The translations under genes and the position numbers were made by a program. A stretch of 64,000 nucleotides of DNA from a virus (Duplodnaviria; Heunggongvirae; Uroviricota; Caudoviricetes). The stretch lies in the IMG/VR virus record IMGVR_UViG_3300047666_001531. The stretch is one strand, 5' to 3'. The notes under the pieces are model-generated. The model did not search any database and had not been told where the DNA came from. It saw only the letters and a list, made by a program, of their open reading frames with translations. Below are positions 37,699 through 46,816 of this stretch, one piece after another (positions within the stretch are counted from its first letter, which is position 1; the number at the start of each line of letters is the position of its first letter).

Positions 37699-39738
37699 AT
37701 GAAGCTAATCATAGAAAAAAACAAATCAAGCTTAATAGAACTAGTCAGAAAAATAAAAAGTTACTGTAAAAACCTGTCTAAAGGTCAGGTGGAAGTGCTT
37801 CTCGCTAAAGAATGTAACTTTAGCTCATACGCTGAAATGGCTGATGCACACAGGGCTGATAACCGATCTTTTCTATTGCACAAAGACAGACATGCATTTA
37901 ATTTGGAATATAAAAATGATAATTCGGGTTTTGTTGCACGCTTTGTCACCAAACATGGGGATGTTATCAGTCAAATAATCATAGAGTCCATTGCTCGTGA
38001 TAAACCTATATCAATTATTGAACTTTTCGCCGAGTTCAAGCACCCATTAGATATAAGCGAACTTGAAAGCGATAAAGTTCTTTCTTATATACTTAATGAG
38101 TTTGTATATATCCCCTTTGATTCGCTACCTAAGCTTAAAGTTTCTGGAGAGCGCTATTTAAGAGGGGGTATTGAGGAGTCAATTAAAACATCTATCATAA
38201 CTTCTGAGATAACGAATGAAAATTTTGAGCTTTTTGTTTATACGGCAAGGGAAATTCTGAATAGAGATTATCATATTGATAAAAGAGTGCATGCACGTCT
38301 CATTTCTGTAGTGAAAAGCTTGGACGTCAGCGCCATTAAAGATATTATCAAAAACAGTAGCTTGAACTCTATGATCGCAGACATTGCGATCATCATAGAA
38401 GCTAAATCACATAGAGGTGCCTATTTTACCTCTGACTATACGACGATATACGACGAGGAAAACGCGCAAGCAACTACGCGTCAATTTATAGCGAATATTC
38501 ACCCTGTATTTTCATCCAATAATCGTGAAGATGTTATTAGCGCAATCAAGGCTGGGTTACAAGAGAGGTCACCTGACGTTGAACGCATAACCAATGATTT
38601 ATTGCGGTTGGGGGATGAAATCAGAAGTGAAAATACAACAACTGAAGATGTTGAGGAAGTATACAAAATTGCGTTCGACATAGGAAAAGCAATTGGGTTT
38701 AAGCACTTGTTGGACTTCCATCAGAAATATAAAAATTACAACAACTTCCCTCTTCAACCCCCTTACCAAAATAGGGTGCATGAGCTTATATCTCTAGAGG
38801 TCTTAGGTAACACGATATATCAAGGAGCAGACAAGTTTCTACATGAACACTTCTTTCATAACACCAACATATATAAAAACAGTATTTCAATTCCATTGTT
38901 GCAGTTAAAATCAACAGCGAAACAAGGGTTGTGGGACACGTATTTTAAGTTAATGTCCACGTTTAACATTTCGCCTGTAGATTTTTATTATTCACCTCAA
39001 AAAGAAAGAGAGATCACAACAAACAATATTACTAAGGTCATTGAAAATATTTCAGGTGAAACGTCTCAAAGTGCTATAAATAACCTAGTTTTGGTTTTAG
39101 CATCATATAACAACCAAGTGTCTCTAAAATCATTGGTGGAAAAGAAGTACATTAATTACTATCCATCTAATCTTAGCTACAACAAAGAAAGACTTGCTCC
39201 AAAGGCGCTAATGGATAAATACGATTATTTGAATGAAATAACCATGCCTACACTATATTTTCATAACTATTCACCCGCACTTAATAACTCACTCGATAAC
39301 TGTGCAATGTTAGAGATTGGTGTTATAACACATGATATTAAGAAAATTGATAAATCTAAGTTGGTAGAAGATTGTGGTTCGTCCATACACCCCCCCGAGC
39401 ACCTTAACAACCATGTTAAATACCTTCTTGGAGCACCAGGTCAAGACTCTAACTTTAATAGAATAGAGGTGTTCCTTGCGTTACATGAAGATAGCAGATT
39501 CAATGATGCAGTGCCTGGATGTGATGGCAACTATTTTTATTTATACTCAGCTAAAAATGAGACTATATTCGTTACCACTCATACCAGTATAGAGCGAATG
39601 TTTAGTATCGCAAAGAGTCATGAGTGTAAATCAGTTACATTTATCACTGAAAGCGATGATGAAAAATGGACATTGTGCTCCGTTGCCAGAGAAAAAGAGT
39701 ACAACTATTTTAAGCGCCAACATCAATTTGAGTATTAA
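37699..39738 (+). CDS. hypothetical protein, 679 aa
   Basis: Long AT-rich ORF with aaagg SD. No family recognised. Confidence 0.5.
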   Translation: MKLIIEKNKSSLIELVRKIKSYCKNLSKGQVEVLLAKECNFSSYAEMADAHRADNRSFLLHKDRHAFNLEYKNDNSGFVARFVTKHGDVISQIIIESIARDKPISIIELFAEFKHPLDISELESDKVLSYILNEFVYIPFDSLPKLKVSGERYLRGGIEESIKTSIITSEITNENFELFVYTAREILNRDYHIDKRVHARLISVVKSLDVSAIKDIIKNSSLNSMIADIAIIIEAKSHRGAYFTSDYTTIYDEENAQATTRQFIANIHPVFSSNNREDVISAIKAGLQERSPDVERITNDLLRLGDEIRSENTTTEDVEEVYKIAFDIGKAIGFKHLLDFHQKYKNYNNFPLQPPYQNRVHELISLEVLGNTIYQGADKFLHEHFFHNTNIYKNSISIPLLQLKSTAKQGLWDTYFKLMSTFNISPVDFYYSPQKEREITTNNITKVIENISGETSQSAINNLVLVLASYNNQVSLKSLVEKKYINYYPSNLSYNKERLAPKALMDKYDYLNEITMPTLYFHNYSPALNNSLDNCAMLEIGVITHDIKKIDKSKLVEDCGSSIHPPEHLNNHVKYLLGAPGQDSNFNRIEVFLALHEDSRFNDAVPGCDGNYFYLYSAKNETIFVTTHTSIERMFSIAKSHECKSVTFITESDDEKWTLCSVAREKEYNYFKRQHQFEY

Positions 39739-39876
39739 TGAGCATAATTCAATATTGGAGTAAATCCACAACCATTTGGGTTGTCTTGAGCCGTTGCAGA
39801 AGGAGAAAGGAAGATATTGGGTTATAATAAAAGCATCATCTATTCCCTGTGTATATAATGATTGTAGGAGGTTAAA

Positions 39877-40083
39877 GTGCCGTCAGAAGATAAAGAAGCG
39901 CTCGCTGAAAGGCTTGCGAAATTAATGGCTAAGATGGATTCGGTTAGAGAAACTTCTTTAGAAGCAGAATTAATGGTTCAGCGTGTATCGGGCGATTTGA
40001 TGCGCATGATGAACTCAGCGTTGCTCAATCTTTCTGATATTGAAAGTATAACAAACAAAATTAAGTCCCAAAGCAGTGACTAG
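39877..40083 (+). CDS. hypothetical protein, 68 aa (GTG start)
   Basis: Strong aggagg SD 7 nt upstream of GTG. TGtgTATATAAT promoter at about 39850. Confidence 0.4.
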   Translation: MPSEDKEALAERLAKLMAKMDSVRETSLEAELMVQRVSGDLMRMMNSALLNLSDIESITNKIKSQSSD

Positions 40084-40117
40084 TGTTCTTGCTATTATTT
40101 TCTATGTAGGTTGAATT

Positions 40118-40315
40118 ATGCAGCATCAATTCCAAGACAAAAGTTTTAAGCACAAGCCATCGAAGTGGTGGCAGATGGTTAACGTGGTAAGCTGTTTAGA
40201 TTTTACCGGTGGTTTAAGCGGCGGTGGAACTCTATACAAAGTGTATAGTTTAAGGCTGTGGAATTTTGAAGTTAAAAGATGGCCAATTGTGCAACATGGG
40301 TGTGATTTGGTTTAG
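40118..40315 (+). CDS. hypothetical protein, 65 aa
   Basis: ORF only, weak SD. Confidence 0.2.
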   Translation: MQHQFQDKSFKHKPSKWWQMVNVVSCLDFTGGLSGGGTLYKVYSLRLWNFEVKRWPIVQHGCDLV

Positions 40316-40344
40316 CGTTAAAATGAGGTTAGGATAAGTTTTGT

Positions 40345-40587
40345 ATGGATATAATATTAACCCTACTGTTTTTTATATGTATTTTTGTTGTTGGTTATCT
40401 TGTTAAATCTGGTTCGCCTAAAACTATTCACACGCTCAACAGTGCCAATAAAGCCATTAGAAGCCTAAAGGCTAGCTATCTTGCTTTCTTCGTTCGACCT
40501 TTAAGCCACAAGAGGGGTAAGTGGTTTTTGATTGGTCTGATGGGGATCTGTTACGTCAGCATAATAATCTACGTTTTCTCAAAATAA
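40345..40587 (+). CDS. small membrane protein, 80 aa
   Basis: Two hydrophobic helices. Confidence 0.35.
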   Translation: MDIILTLLFFICIFVVGYLVKSGSPKTIHTLNSANKAIRSLKASYLAFFVRPLSHKRGKWFLIGLMGICYVSIIIYVFSK

Positions 40588-40637
40588 TGATTGATTGAGA
40601 TTATCGTATTTCAATATAGAGAAGGCGTTTAATTATC

Positions 40638-40934
40638 ATGATGGACTTAAATTACTTGTTGATTAACAATAGCAATCAGCTATTGGGGTTTGATACAGTG
40701 CTAAAGGCTCAAGAGTATCTTGATGCTAACACCCACGAGTTCGAGCACAAAAAGGTGTTTCACCCTTGCTTGTTTGAAGATCTATATAGTGGTGTTTTAG
40801 CTGGTTGTGCCATGGCGGTAATGTTTAAAAATAAAAAATTCAAATTAAGGGCAGTTGGTAGTGTCGATTGGATAATAGAAGATCACTCAAATACTGACTT
40901 GTACTTTCAAAACAAAAAAACGATTGACAAATAA
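40638..40934 (+). CDS. hypothetical protein, 98 aa
   Basis: gagaaggcgtttaattatcATG start. Stop lies 3 nt after the TTGACA of the next promoter. Confidence 0.4.
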   Translation: MMDLNYLLINNSNQLLGFDTVLKAQEYLDANTHEFEHKKVFHPCLFEDLYSGVLAGCAMAVMFKNKKFKLRAVGSVDWIIEDHSNTDLYFQNKKTIDK

Positions 40935-40952
40935 TTTTAAAATGATAAAATA
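40917..40952 (+). promoter_or_regulatory. class-A promoter
   Basis: aaaacGATTGACAAAtaattttaaaaTGaTAAAAT. Confidence 0.6.
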
Positions 40953-41028
40953 GTTTCATGATGTGAGTTGCTTAGCACGATGCTTAGTGTGACCACGAAA
41001 AGATGTAAAACTACTTGGATGTTAGATC

Positions 41029-41808
41029 ATGAAAAAAATAATCACTGCGGCAGCTGTCGCGATCCTATCTTTAAGCTTTACCGCTAACGCATACCAAGCA
41101 GAATTTGAGTGTGCAGAGCTTACCATTGACAATATCAAGAGCATTTATGATGCTCGAACAGACATTTTAATAAAAAACCCATATATGGATGGTGTCTGTG
41201 CAGGAATAACCTTTTCAGATGATGATAAGGGCAAGTTCAATGAATATTACAAATCAATAGGTGTCCCTGATAAGTTTTTTACGGGGGTACAAGGTGATTT
41301 TCAACGTGCAGTGCATGCTAAAACTAAATCAGGCAGTGTATTTCAAAAGATAATTTACGTTGTCGATGGTGAACGCGCTGAAAAAGTAGCTGGTGGATTT
41401 GGGGAACGTAACGCTGGTAGAAAAAAGCGTGAAGAAATAATGTTCTACCACGAAGTGTCTCACCTGATCAAAGATTCGTTGGATAAAATGGATGTAGACA
41501 GCCGAGAGCTTGAAACGATGGCAGATATTAGCGCTTTGTATATTTACGCCCACGTGAACGGTTTAACGCAAGAGCAGTTCGAACGTGAGGTTTATCATCT
41601 TTTTAGAGATAGACAGAGCAGTGGTGAGAGAAAAGGCTATGGTTGGTATCACAAAGGCATTTGGTTGGCGTTTTTAAATGACGACAATAACTTTAAAAAT
41701 GTAGACATGAAAAGTCTGAGCGGCGTTTATGATTATATTTATGGATTAAGAAAGTTGGCTAATGATAAGCCTAAAGATATTGTTGGTATATTAGGTTCGT
41801 TTTTCTAA
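41029..41808 (+). CDS. secreted protein with HExxH motif (putative zincin), 259 aa
   Basis: Signal peptide MKKIITAAAVAILSLSFTANA. FYHEVSHL zinc-binding-like motif. Confidence 0.45.
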   Translation: MKKIITAAAVAILSLSFTANAYQAEFECAELTIDNIKSIYDARTDILIKNPYMDGVCAGITFSDDDKGKFNEYYKSIGVPDKFFTGVQGDFQRAVHAKTKSGSVFQKIIYVVDGERAEKVAGGFGERNAGRKKREEIMFYHEVSHLIKDSLDKMDVDSRELETMADISALYIYAHVNGLTQEQFEREVYHLFRDRQSSGERKGYGWYHKGIWLAFLNDDNNFKNVDMKSLSGVYDYIYGLRKLANDKPKDIVGILGSFF

Positions 41809-41895
41809 CAAGAAAATTGCTGCAAGTGTAAAAGCTAAATCTATTAAACCTGATCATACAGTCTTTGGTGGTCTGGACTAATTAATTTTGAATAT

Positions 41896-41928
41896 AAAAA
41901 AGGTGGCAATTAGCCACCTTTTTTGCTT
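41896..41928. terminator. bidirectional rho-independent terminator (A6-ggtggc-aatta-gccacc-T6)
   Basis: Lies between convergent genes 41029..41808 and 41942..42406. Confidence 0.65.
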
Positions 41929-41941
41929 TTTTTAAGTCGCG

Positions 41942-42406
41942 TTAGAAGTTAAAACGCGCACCAAGAGTAACGACATCTGTTGAGTCGAAATTTTCATACA
42001 TCACTTCAAGCTCCCAATCATTACTTAACTGGAAACTTGAGCCAACGCCCATACCAAATTCCCACTCGTTATGTCCATCAGATTTGATGTTAGCGTAAGC
42101 GGGTTGCACGAAAAATGATGCAACGTCGTTTGCTTGATAATCAACGCGAGTTGCGACAACCATATAACGGTCAATTTCAAATCCGCGATAATTTTTAACG
42201 CCAGTGCCGACACGAAGTTCTGGCATAACGCTCCAATTGCTGTGGTTATCGTCAAAGGTGTAGCCGGCATTGACTGTTACTGCGGCAAGTGACGGGTCTC
42301 CGTTTGATAAATGAGAGTAGCTAGTGCCCAGGTTCCAATCTGCCATTGCGCTTGTTGAAGCTAATGCAAGTGCAGTTACGGCAAGAGTACGTTTTAAAAA
42401 TTTCAT
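41942..42406 (-). CDS. small outer-membrane beta-barrel protein (OmpW/OmpX-like), 154 aa
   Basis: Signal peptide MKFLKRTLAVTALALASTSAMA. Alternating amphipathic strands. C-terminal ...GARFNF with terminal Phe. Confidence 0.6.
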   Translation of the reverse strand: MKFLKRTLAVTALALASTSAMADWNLGTSYSHLSNGDPSLAAVTVNAGYTFDDNHSNWSVMPELRVGTGVKNYRGFEIDRYMVVATRVDYQANDVASFFVQPAYANIKSDGHNEWEFGMGVGSSFQLSNDWELEVMYENFDSTDVVTLGARFNF

Positions 42407-42546
42407 GATATTCCCTTTTTTATAAAAGTGGCTTAATGCCTAGAAGATACTTGAGTTCCCTCAAGTTTTTTGAATGGTTAATATAGCATATAAAGCGGTA
42501 ACTTCAACAAAGCAAAGGTTTGTTTTGACAACTTTTGTTATTGAGG

Positions 42547-42762
42547 TTAAGCCGCTATTTTTAGTTCTGTAACATTGCTTATGCGTTCGACATTGATACA
42601 GCCTTTGTAGGCACTTGTGATCTTAACGGATTCGCCAGCAATGATATCGCTGTCAGTGTTTAAAAACCAAATACGATCAGCAATGACAATAGAATTGCCA
42701 AGCCCTGAATGCTTAGGCTTTGTGGTAATATCTTCTTTTATTTTAATGACCATACCGGCCAT
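42547..42762 (-). CDS. hypothetical protein, 71 aa
   Basis: ORF only. Confidence 0.25.
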   Translation of the reverse strand: MAGMVIKIKEDITTKPKHSGLGNSIVIADRIWFLNTDSDIIAGESVKITSAYKGCINVERISNVTELKIAA

Positions 42763-42932
42763 AGATTTGAAAAGCTCTTTTCTTCAATTTCTTTGTTTTT
42801 TGTTTTATATGCCGTTAATCCAATCAACGTAAATAATGCTACTAGTCCAATGTAAATCATATATAACTCCAAATTAATGTAGAGTTATTTTAGTCGAATT
42901 GCCTTTAAATTCAACTAAATCCACCTTATAGA

Positions 42933-42969
42933 TAAAAGATTGACAAAATTATCAAATTGAAATATTATG
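42933..42969 (+). promoter_or_regulatory. class-A promoter (TTGACA, 17 nt spacer, TATTAT)
   Basis: aaaaGATTGACAAAattatcaaattgaaaTATTAT. Confidence 0.55.
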
Positions 42970-42997
42970 AATGTATGAGTAAACAAGGCTTAAAAAG

Positions 42998-43732
42998 ATG
43001 AAACAAGAAGCAGATATAGTCGCAGCAATGATTGCAGCAAGTTATGAAGTTGTTAAAGAAAAATACCGTAGTTACGTGGATGAAAACTTCACAAGCTATG
43101 TTCACTCGCTTGACTTTGTTGCTGGCAGAGGACGTAGAACATCGCACAAAAAGCGCGGTACTAAGCATATAATCACCTATGGCGTAAAGGCAGTTGTCAG
43201 TAAGATGCAGAGTAAGCAAATTGCTTCCAGATGGTTGTCTGGCCGAGAGATTGTTGATATGGGCTTCTTTGGTGGTGAGTTGACGTTAAAGAACAGCTTG
43301 ATCCACACTATCATTCATGAGTATGCACATTACTTGCAAGTTCTGGAGGGTGGAAGAACCAAAAACAGCATTCATAATTGTTACTTTTATTCTGTCCTTC
43401 GTCGCCTTTACGATGATGGTTTGGCTGTAGAGTTATCGGCATATTTTGATAATGATCCGGTGTTAAAGGAATTGTGCTTTAAAGATGTTGTTAATAGTGA
43501 TATCGCCCCTAATGACAATACAGATATTTATAGTCCGCAGACTGTGAATAAGGGCGATGTAGTGATATTCGATGCTACGTTTAAAATGTTAGGTGTTGTT
43601 GAAGTCGAAGGGGCAGTTAAAAGGGCAAACACTAAAACTGTTTCGGTCAGTATAAAAAACCCTTTAGATAAATTTATGGCGCTTGATTATAGAGTGCCGT
43701 ATCACCTGATTAAAAACAAAAGTAAGAGATAA
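42998..43732 (+). CDS. SprT-like zinc metallopeptidase domain protein, 244 aa
   Basis: LIHTIIHEYAHYLQ HExxH block after a basic region, the SprT/WLM pattern. Confidence 0.5.
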   Translation: MKQEADIVAAMIAASYEVVKEKYRSYVDENFTSYVHSLDFVAGRGRRTSHKKRGTKHIITYGVKAVVSKMQSKQIASRWLSGREIVDMGFFGGELTLKNSLIHTIIHEYAHYLQVLEGGRTKNSIHNCYFYSVLRRLYDDGLAVELSAYFDNDPVLKELCFKDVVNSDIAPNDNTDIYSPQTVNKGDVVIFDATFKMLGVVEVEGAVKRANTKTVSVSIKNPLDKFMALDYRVPYHLIKNKSKR

Positions 43733-43765
43733 ATGATTGACAATAAGTATCATTATGATAATATG
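43730..43765 (+). promoter_or_regulatory. class-A promoter
   Basis: agaTAAATGATTGACAAtaagtatcattaTGaTAATAT. The upstream gene's TAA stop lies at its 5' edge. Confidence 0.6.
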
Positions 43766-43812
43766 TGTATGTATTATAAATTAACTCATAAACTACACAC
43801 ACAGGACTCATT

Positions 43813-45597
43813 ATGCCAAATACTAAAAACGCCGTTAAAGTTACTCAGGACGACTTTAAGGTAGATAAATCTATCATCCGACACTTGATATTCTCCCAAG
43901 CCGGAACACTCTCTAAAGCCTTACTCGAATTAATTATGAACTCGTTGGATGCCCATTGTGAAAGCATTAGCGTTGATTTTTCTGATGATATGCGTCGTGT
44001 TGTTGTAAAAGATAACGGCACAGGCTTTGAAAGTGTCGAATCTATCCAAAATTTGTTTGGTGTGTTTGGCTTTGATCACACTACTCAAGCCGAAATTGCT
44101 CGTGGCAGAAGCTACGGAAGATTTGGTCTTGGTCGAGCGCAATGTTTAGCATTTGGTTCGACTGTGTGGACGACTAATCAGTTTACGATGGAAGTCGATT
44201 TAAAAGGCAACAAGACTAATGATCTGCCTTACATCATCAAAGAACACGGCAAGAGCCTACACAAAGGTTGTATGATTGAGATCAATTTATACGATCACAT
44301 GTCTATTCACGATAAGCGTAGTTTAGGTTCAGAATTAAAACGCATGGCTAAATATGTTAAAGAAGATTTACGTATTGATGGCACTCGTGTAAATGAATCG
44401 ATTGACGAAGTAAAGTGGAGCGCCACTAACGATGATTTTCTGTTTTTGAAAGCGCAAAGTGAACGTGGCCTCGCGATTTACAACAAAGGCGTATTAGTCT
44501 GCACCTATGGCCATAGTAAATTTGGCGTATCAGGTGATTTAGTCTCAAGAGATAAAAACTTTGCAGTTAATATGGCGCGAAATGATGTGTTGGTTGCAGA
44601 ATGTGAGCTTTGGAAATCAATTCCTGCGTTTCTTAAACCTTTTTCTGAAAAAAAGGAAAGAAAAACACTTACCAATCAAGATCGCATTTACCTTATATCT
44701 CAAGTAATGCAAGGTGATTTAAGTTATGAAGCCATAAAAACAAAACGAATTTTCCAAAATGCAGATGGTAAATATTTTACATTAAAGCAGGTCTTTAACC
44801 ATGCAAATGGTAATATTACTATTGCTCCTGATCGCATGGTTCAATATAAAGGGATGGGTTTGCATCGCCGAAAAATTGCTTTTTGTTTCAGTTACGATTT
44901 TGCTGACAGTCATGGCTTTAAAAATATCGAAGAAATGTTTGACGAATTAAAAAAAGTGATTTCGATAACGGACTACAGTTTCGATTTTGCAAGATTCAAG
45001 GCAATAGATTTCGAAGAAGCCTCAAAAATGGTGGTCGATACGCATGATATTATTCCAGACTCCGAGTTGGGTGCGCTTGATAAAACTCGACTTAAAGCAA
45101 CTAAGTCAATGTATGAACTATTAAAGAAAAATTTTATTTCGGTTGAGTGTAACGCTGGAAGATTCGATATGAGCGCTTTTAAGGGCTATATGGAACGTGA
45201 GAGCGCTTTAAATGACAAGTATCATCGAAATATTTGTTTAGGTCGTTCAGAAGTTGCTAAAGCATGGACAGATGGTAGCCGTTATATTGCGATTGATATT
45301 GATGTTGTTAGAAAGTCGTTTGAATCAGGTTTGAATGGGTTGCTTAACCTTGTATCAATATTGGTGCATGAAATGTGTCATGATTCGCCTACAACGGGAA
45401 GTCATGACCATGATGCTGATTTTTATGAACGATATCATGATGTGATGATAGATGGTGATTTAAATGTGTTTTCTGTCGCCACACGTGGTTTAGAGTCTTA
45501 CATGGTAGAAAACAAAAAGAACAATCGTCCTCTTTCAAGTAGAGAAGTGCGAAATTTCTTTCCTGTGTTTGAGAAGATGATTAAGCAAGCCGTTTAA
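43813..45597 (+). CDS. GHKL-family ATPase fused to a C-terminal HExxH zincin-like region, 594 aa
   Basis: ELIMNSLDA (N-box), VKDNGTGF (G1) and GRFGLGRAQ (G2) define a Bergerat ATP-binding fold. C-terminus carries ILVHEMCHD plus HDHDADF. Confidence 0.55.
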   Translation: MPNTKNAVKVTQDDFKVDKSIIRHLIFSQAGTLSKALLELIMNSLDAHCESISVDFSDDMRRVVVKDNGTGFESVESIQNLFGVFGFDHTTQAEIARGRSYGRFGLGRAQCLAFGSTVWTTNQFTMEVDLKGNKTNDLPYIIKEHGKSLHKGCMIEINLYDHMSIHDKRSLGSELKRMAKYVKEDLRIDGTRVNESIDEVKWSATNDDFLFLKAQSERGLAIYNKGVLVCTYGHSKFGVSGDLVSRDKNFAVNMARNDVLVAECELWKSIPAFLKPFSEKKERKTLTNQDRIYLISQVMQGDLSYEAIKTKRIFQNADGKYFTLKQVFNHANGNITIAPDRMVQYKGMGLHRRKIAFCFSYDFADSHGFKNIEEMFDELKKVISITDYSFDFARFKAIDFEEASKMVVDTHDIIPDSELGALDKTRLKATKSMYELLKKNFISVECNAGRFDMSAFKGYMERESALNDKYHRNICLGRSEVAKAWTDGSRYIAIDIDVVRKSFESGLNGLLNLVSILVHEMCHDSPTTGSHDHDADFYERYHDVMIDGDLNVFSVATRGLESYMVENKKNNRPLSSREVRNFFPVFEKMIKQAV

Positions 45598-45614
45598 GTT
45601 AAAGTGGTAATCAA

Positions 45615-45639
45615 AGGTCAGTTTGTCTGGCCTTTTTTA
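45615..45639 (+). terminator. terminator hairpin plus T6 after 45597
   Basis: ggtcag..ctggcc stem then tttttt. Confidence 0.5.
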
Positions 45640-45643
45640 TGCA

Positions 45644-45670
45644 AAAAAAAAGCCGGTGAAAACACCGGCG
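45644..45670 (-). terminator. terminator for minus-strand 45764..46261 (gccggtg-aaaa-caccggc, then T9 on minus)
   Basis: Perfect 7-bp stem with an A9 run on the plus strand, equal to T9 on the minus strand. Confidence 0.6.
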
Positions 45671-45763
45671 AAAAGTAATCAGTAAACACACGTTACATTC
45701 TCATGTAGCACTAATATAATATCTCAAAATCATAATTATCCAACACCACCAGATAAAAATGTG

Positions 45764-46261
45764 TTATTTGCTAAATTTCATATGGGTGTTGTGAAAGGCA
45801 CCGTGATAACCGCGTTCAAAATGGATTGCGGCCATTGGAAAACCTAAGTCAAAACCTATATCTCGTCCAGAGCCTAATATCAGCTGTTCTCTAACGCCGG
45901 CAATATCTTTTTCAAGCTTCATTCGAGGGATGGAGCTGTATAATTTTGATAACGGGATCAGTAGCACTGTGTTCTGCGCAACAGAAAACGCCTTTTCCAT
46001 GACTTTGGTCAAATCTGACCAAGTAGGATTAGTAACAATCCAATCAACCTGTTCATTGAATTCGTAAAAATCACGTCCATCTTCAATTTCGCACCACAGT
46101 GTGCCTTTTGGCAATTCATTGTAAAACACACCAGAGCCTCGAAACGGTTCAAGTATCTTACCGGTAGGCTGAAAGTGCTTTATGATGGCTCGCGCTATTT
46201 CAGGCTTGGTATAGTGTACATCAGAGTAGTCAGTCATTGCAGAGGCAGTGGTCATAACCAT
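45764..46261 (-). CDS. putative SAM-dependent N6-adenine DNA methyltransferase-like protein, about 165 aa
   Basis: LEPFRGSGVF resembles the SAM-binding motif I. IVTNPTW resembles catalytic motif IV (D/N/S)PP(Y/F/W). Unusually short. Confidence 0.4.
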   Translation of the reverse strand: MVMTTASAMTDYSDVHYTKPEIARAIIKHFQPTGKILEPFRGSGVFYNELPKGTLWCEIEDGRDFYEFNEQVDWIVTNPTWSDLTKVMEKAFSVAQNTVLLIPLSKLYSSIPRMKLEKDIAGVREQLILGSGRDIGFDLGFPMAAIHFERGYHGAFHNTHMKFSK

Positions 46262-46262
46262 G

Positions 46263-46640
46263 TTATGTTGCCCCTGCAATACAAAGTGAATCGGTATTTA
46301 CCTGAGCGATATACTCAAGTTCCATTGTGGTGCCAGTATTGATTGTTTTTTGCTTTTGCAATTCACTAAACAGAATTTGACCGTTACAAAAAAAAGCTTG
46401 TAAGCCTGGTAGATGCATCAGTTCATTGGAATACCACTCAAACGGTGGCTGTCCACTCAAGTAGCGAGCAATTTGCTTAGGATCGTTACGCATTTGCTTT
46501 ATACGCAACATTTCATGTGCGTTGTCAAAAATTTCTATTGCTAAACGGTAAATTCCGGTGGCAGTGACATAGGCAAACTGCATATGTTCGTTTTGAAACT
46601 TGCACGCGAACAGTGCGCCAGAGGTTGTTTTTACACTCAT
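46263..46640 (-). CDS. hypothetical protein, 125 aa
   Basis: Overlaps the start of the downstream MTase-like gene, so operonic. Confidence 0.4.
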   Translation of the reverse strand: MSVKTTSGALFACKFQNEHMQFAYVTATGIYRLAIEIFDNAHEMLRIKQMRNDPKQIARYLSGQPPFEWYSNELMHLPGLQAFFCNGQILFSELQKQKTINTGTTMELEYIAQVNTDSLCIAGAT

Positions 46641-46719
46641 GGGTATAATCCTTTATATTTAAATTCCACAAGTTTATTTTAGCATGGTAGAGTGAGAATC
46701 CATCTAGCGAAAACCTAAA

Positions 46720-46756
46720 TAAAAGATTGACAAATTATCATAATGATGTCAATATG
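46720..46756 (+). promoter_or_regulatory. class-A promoter (-35 conserved, -10 uncertain)
   Basis: aaaaGATTGACAAAttatcataatgatgtcaatat. Contains an internal inverted repeat ATTGACA..TGTCAAT. Confidence 0.4.
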
Positions 46757-46816
46757 CATTTAATGATATGCAATATTAATGCATTAACAACTTTATATAA
46801 AATTAGGAAGTCGAAT

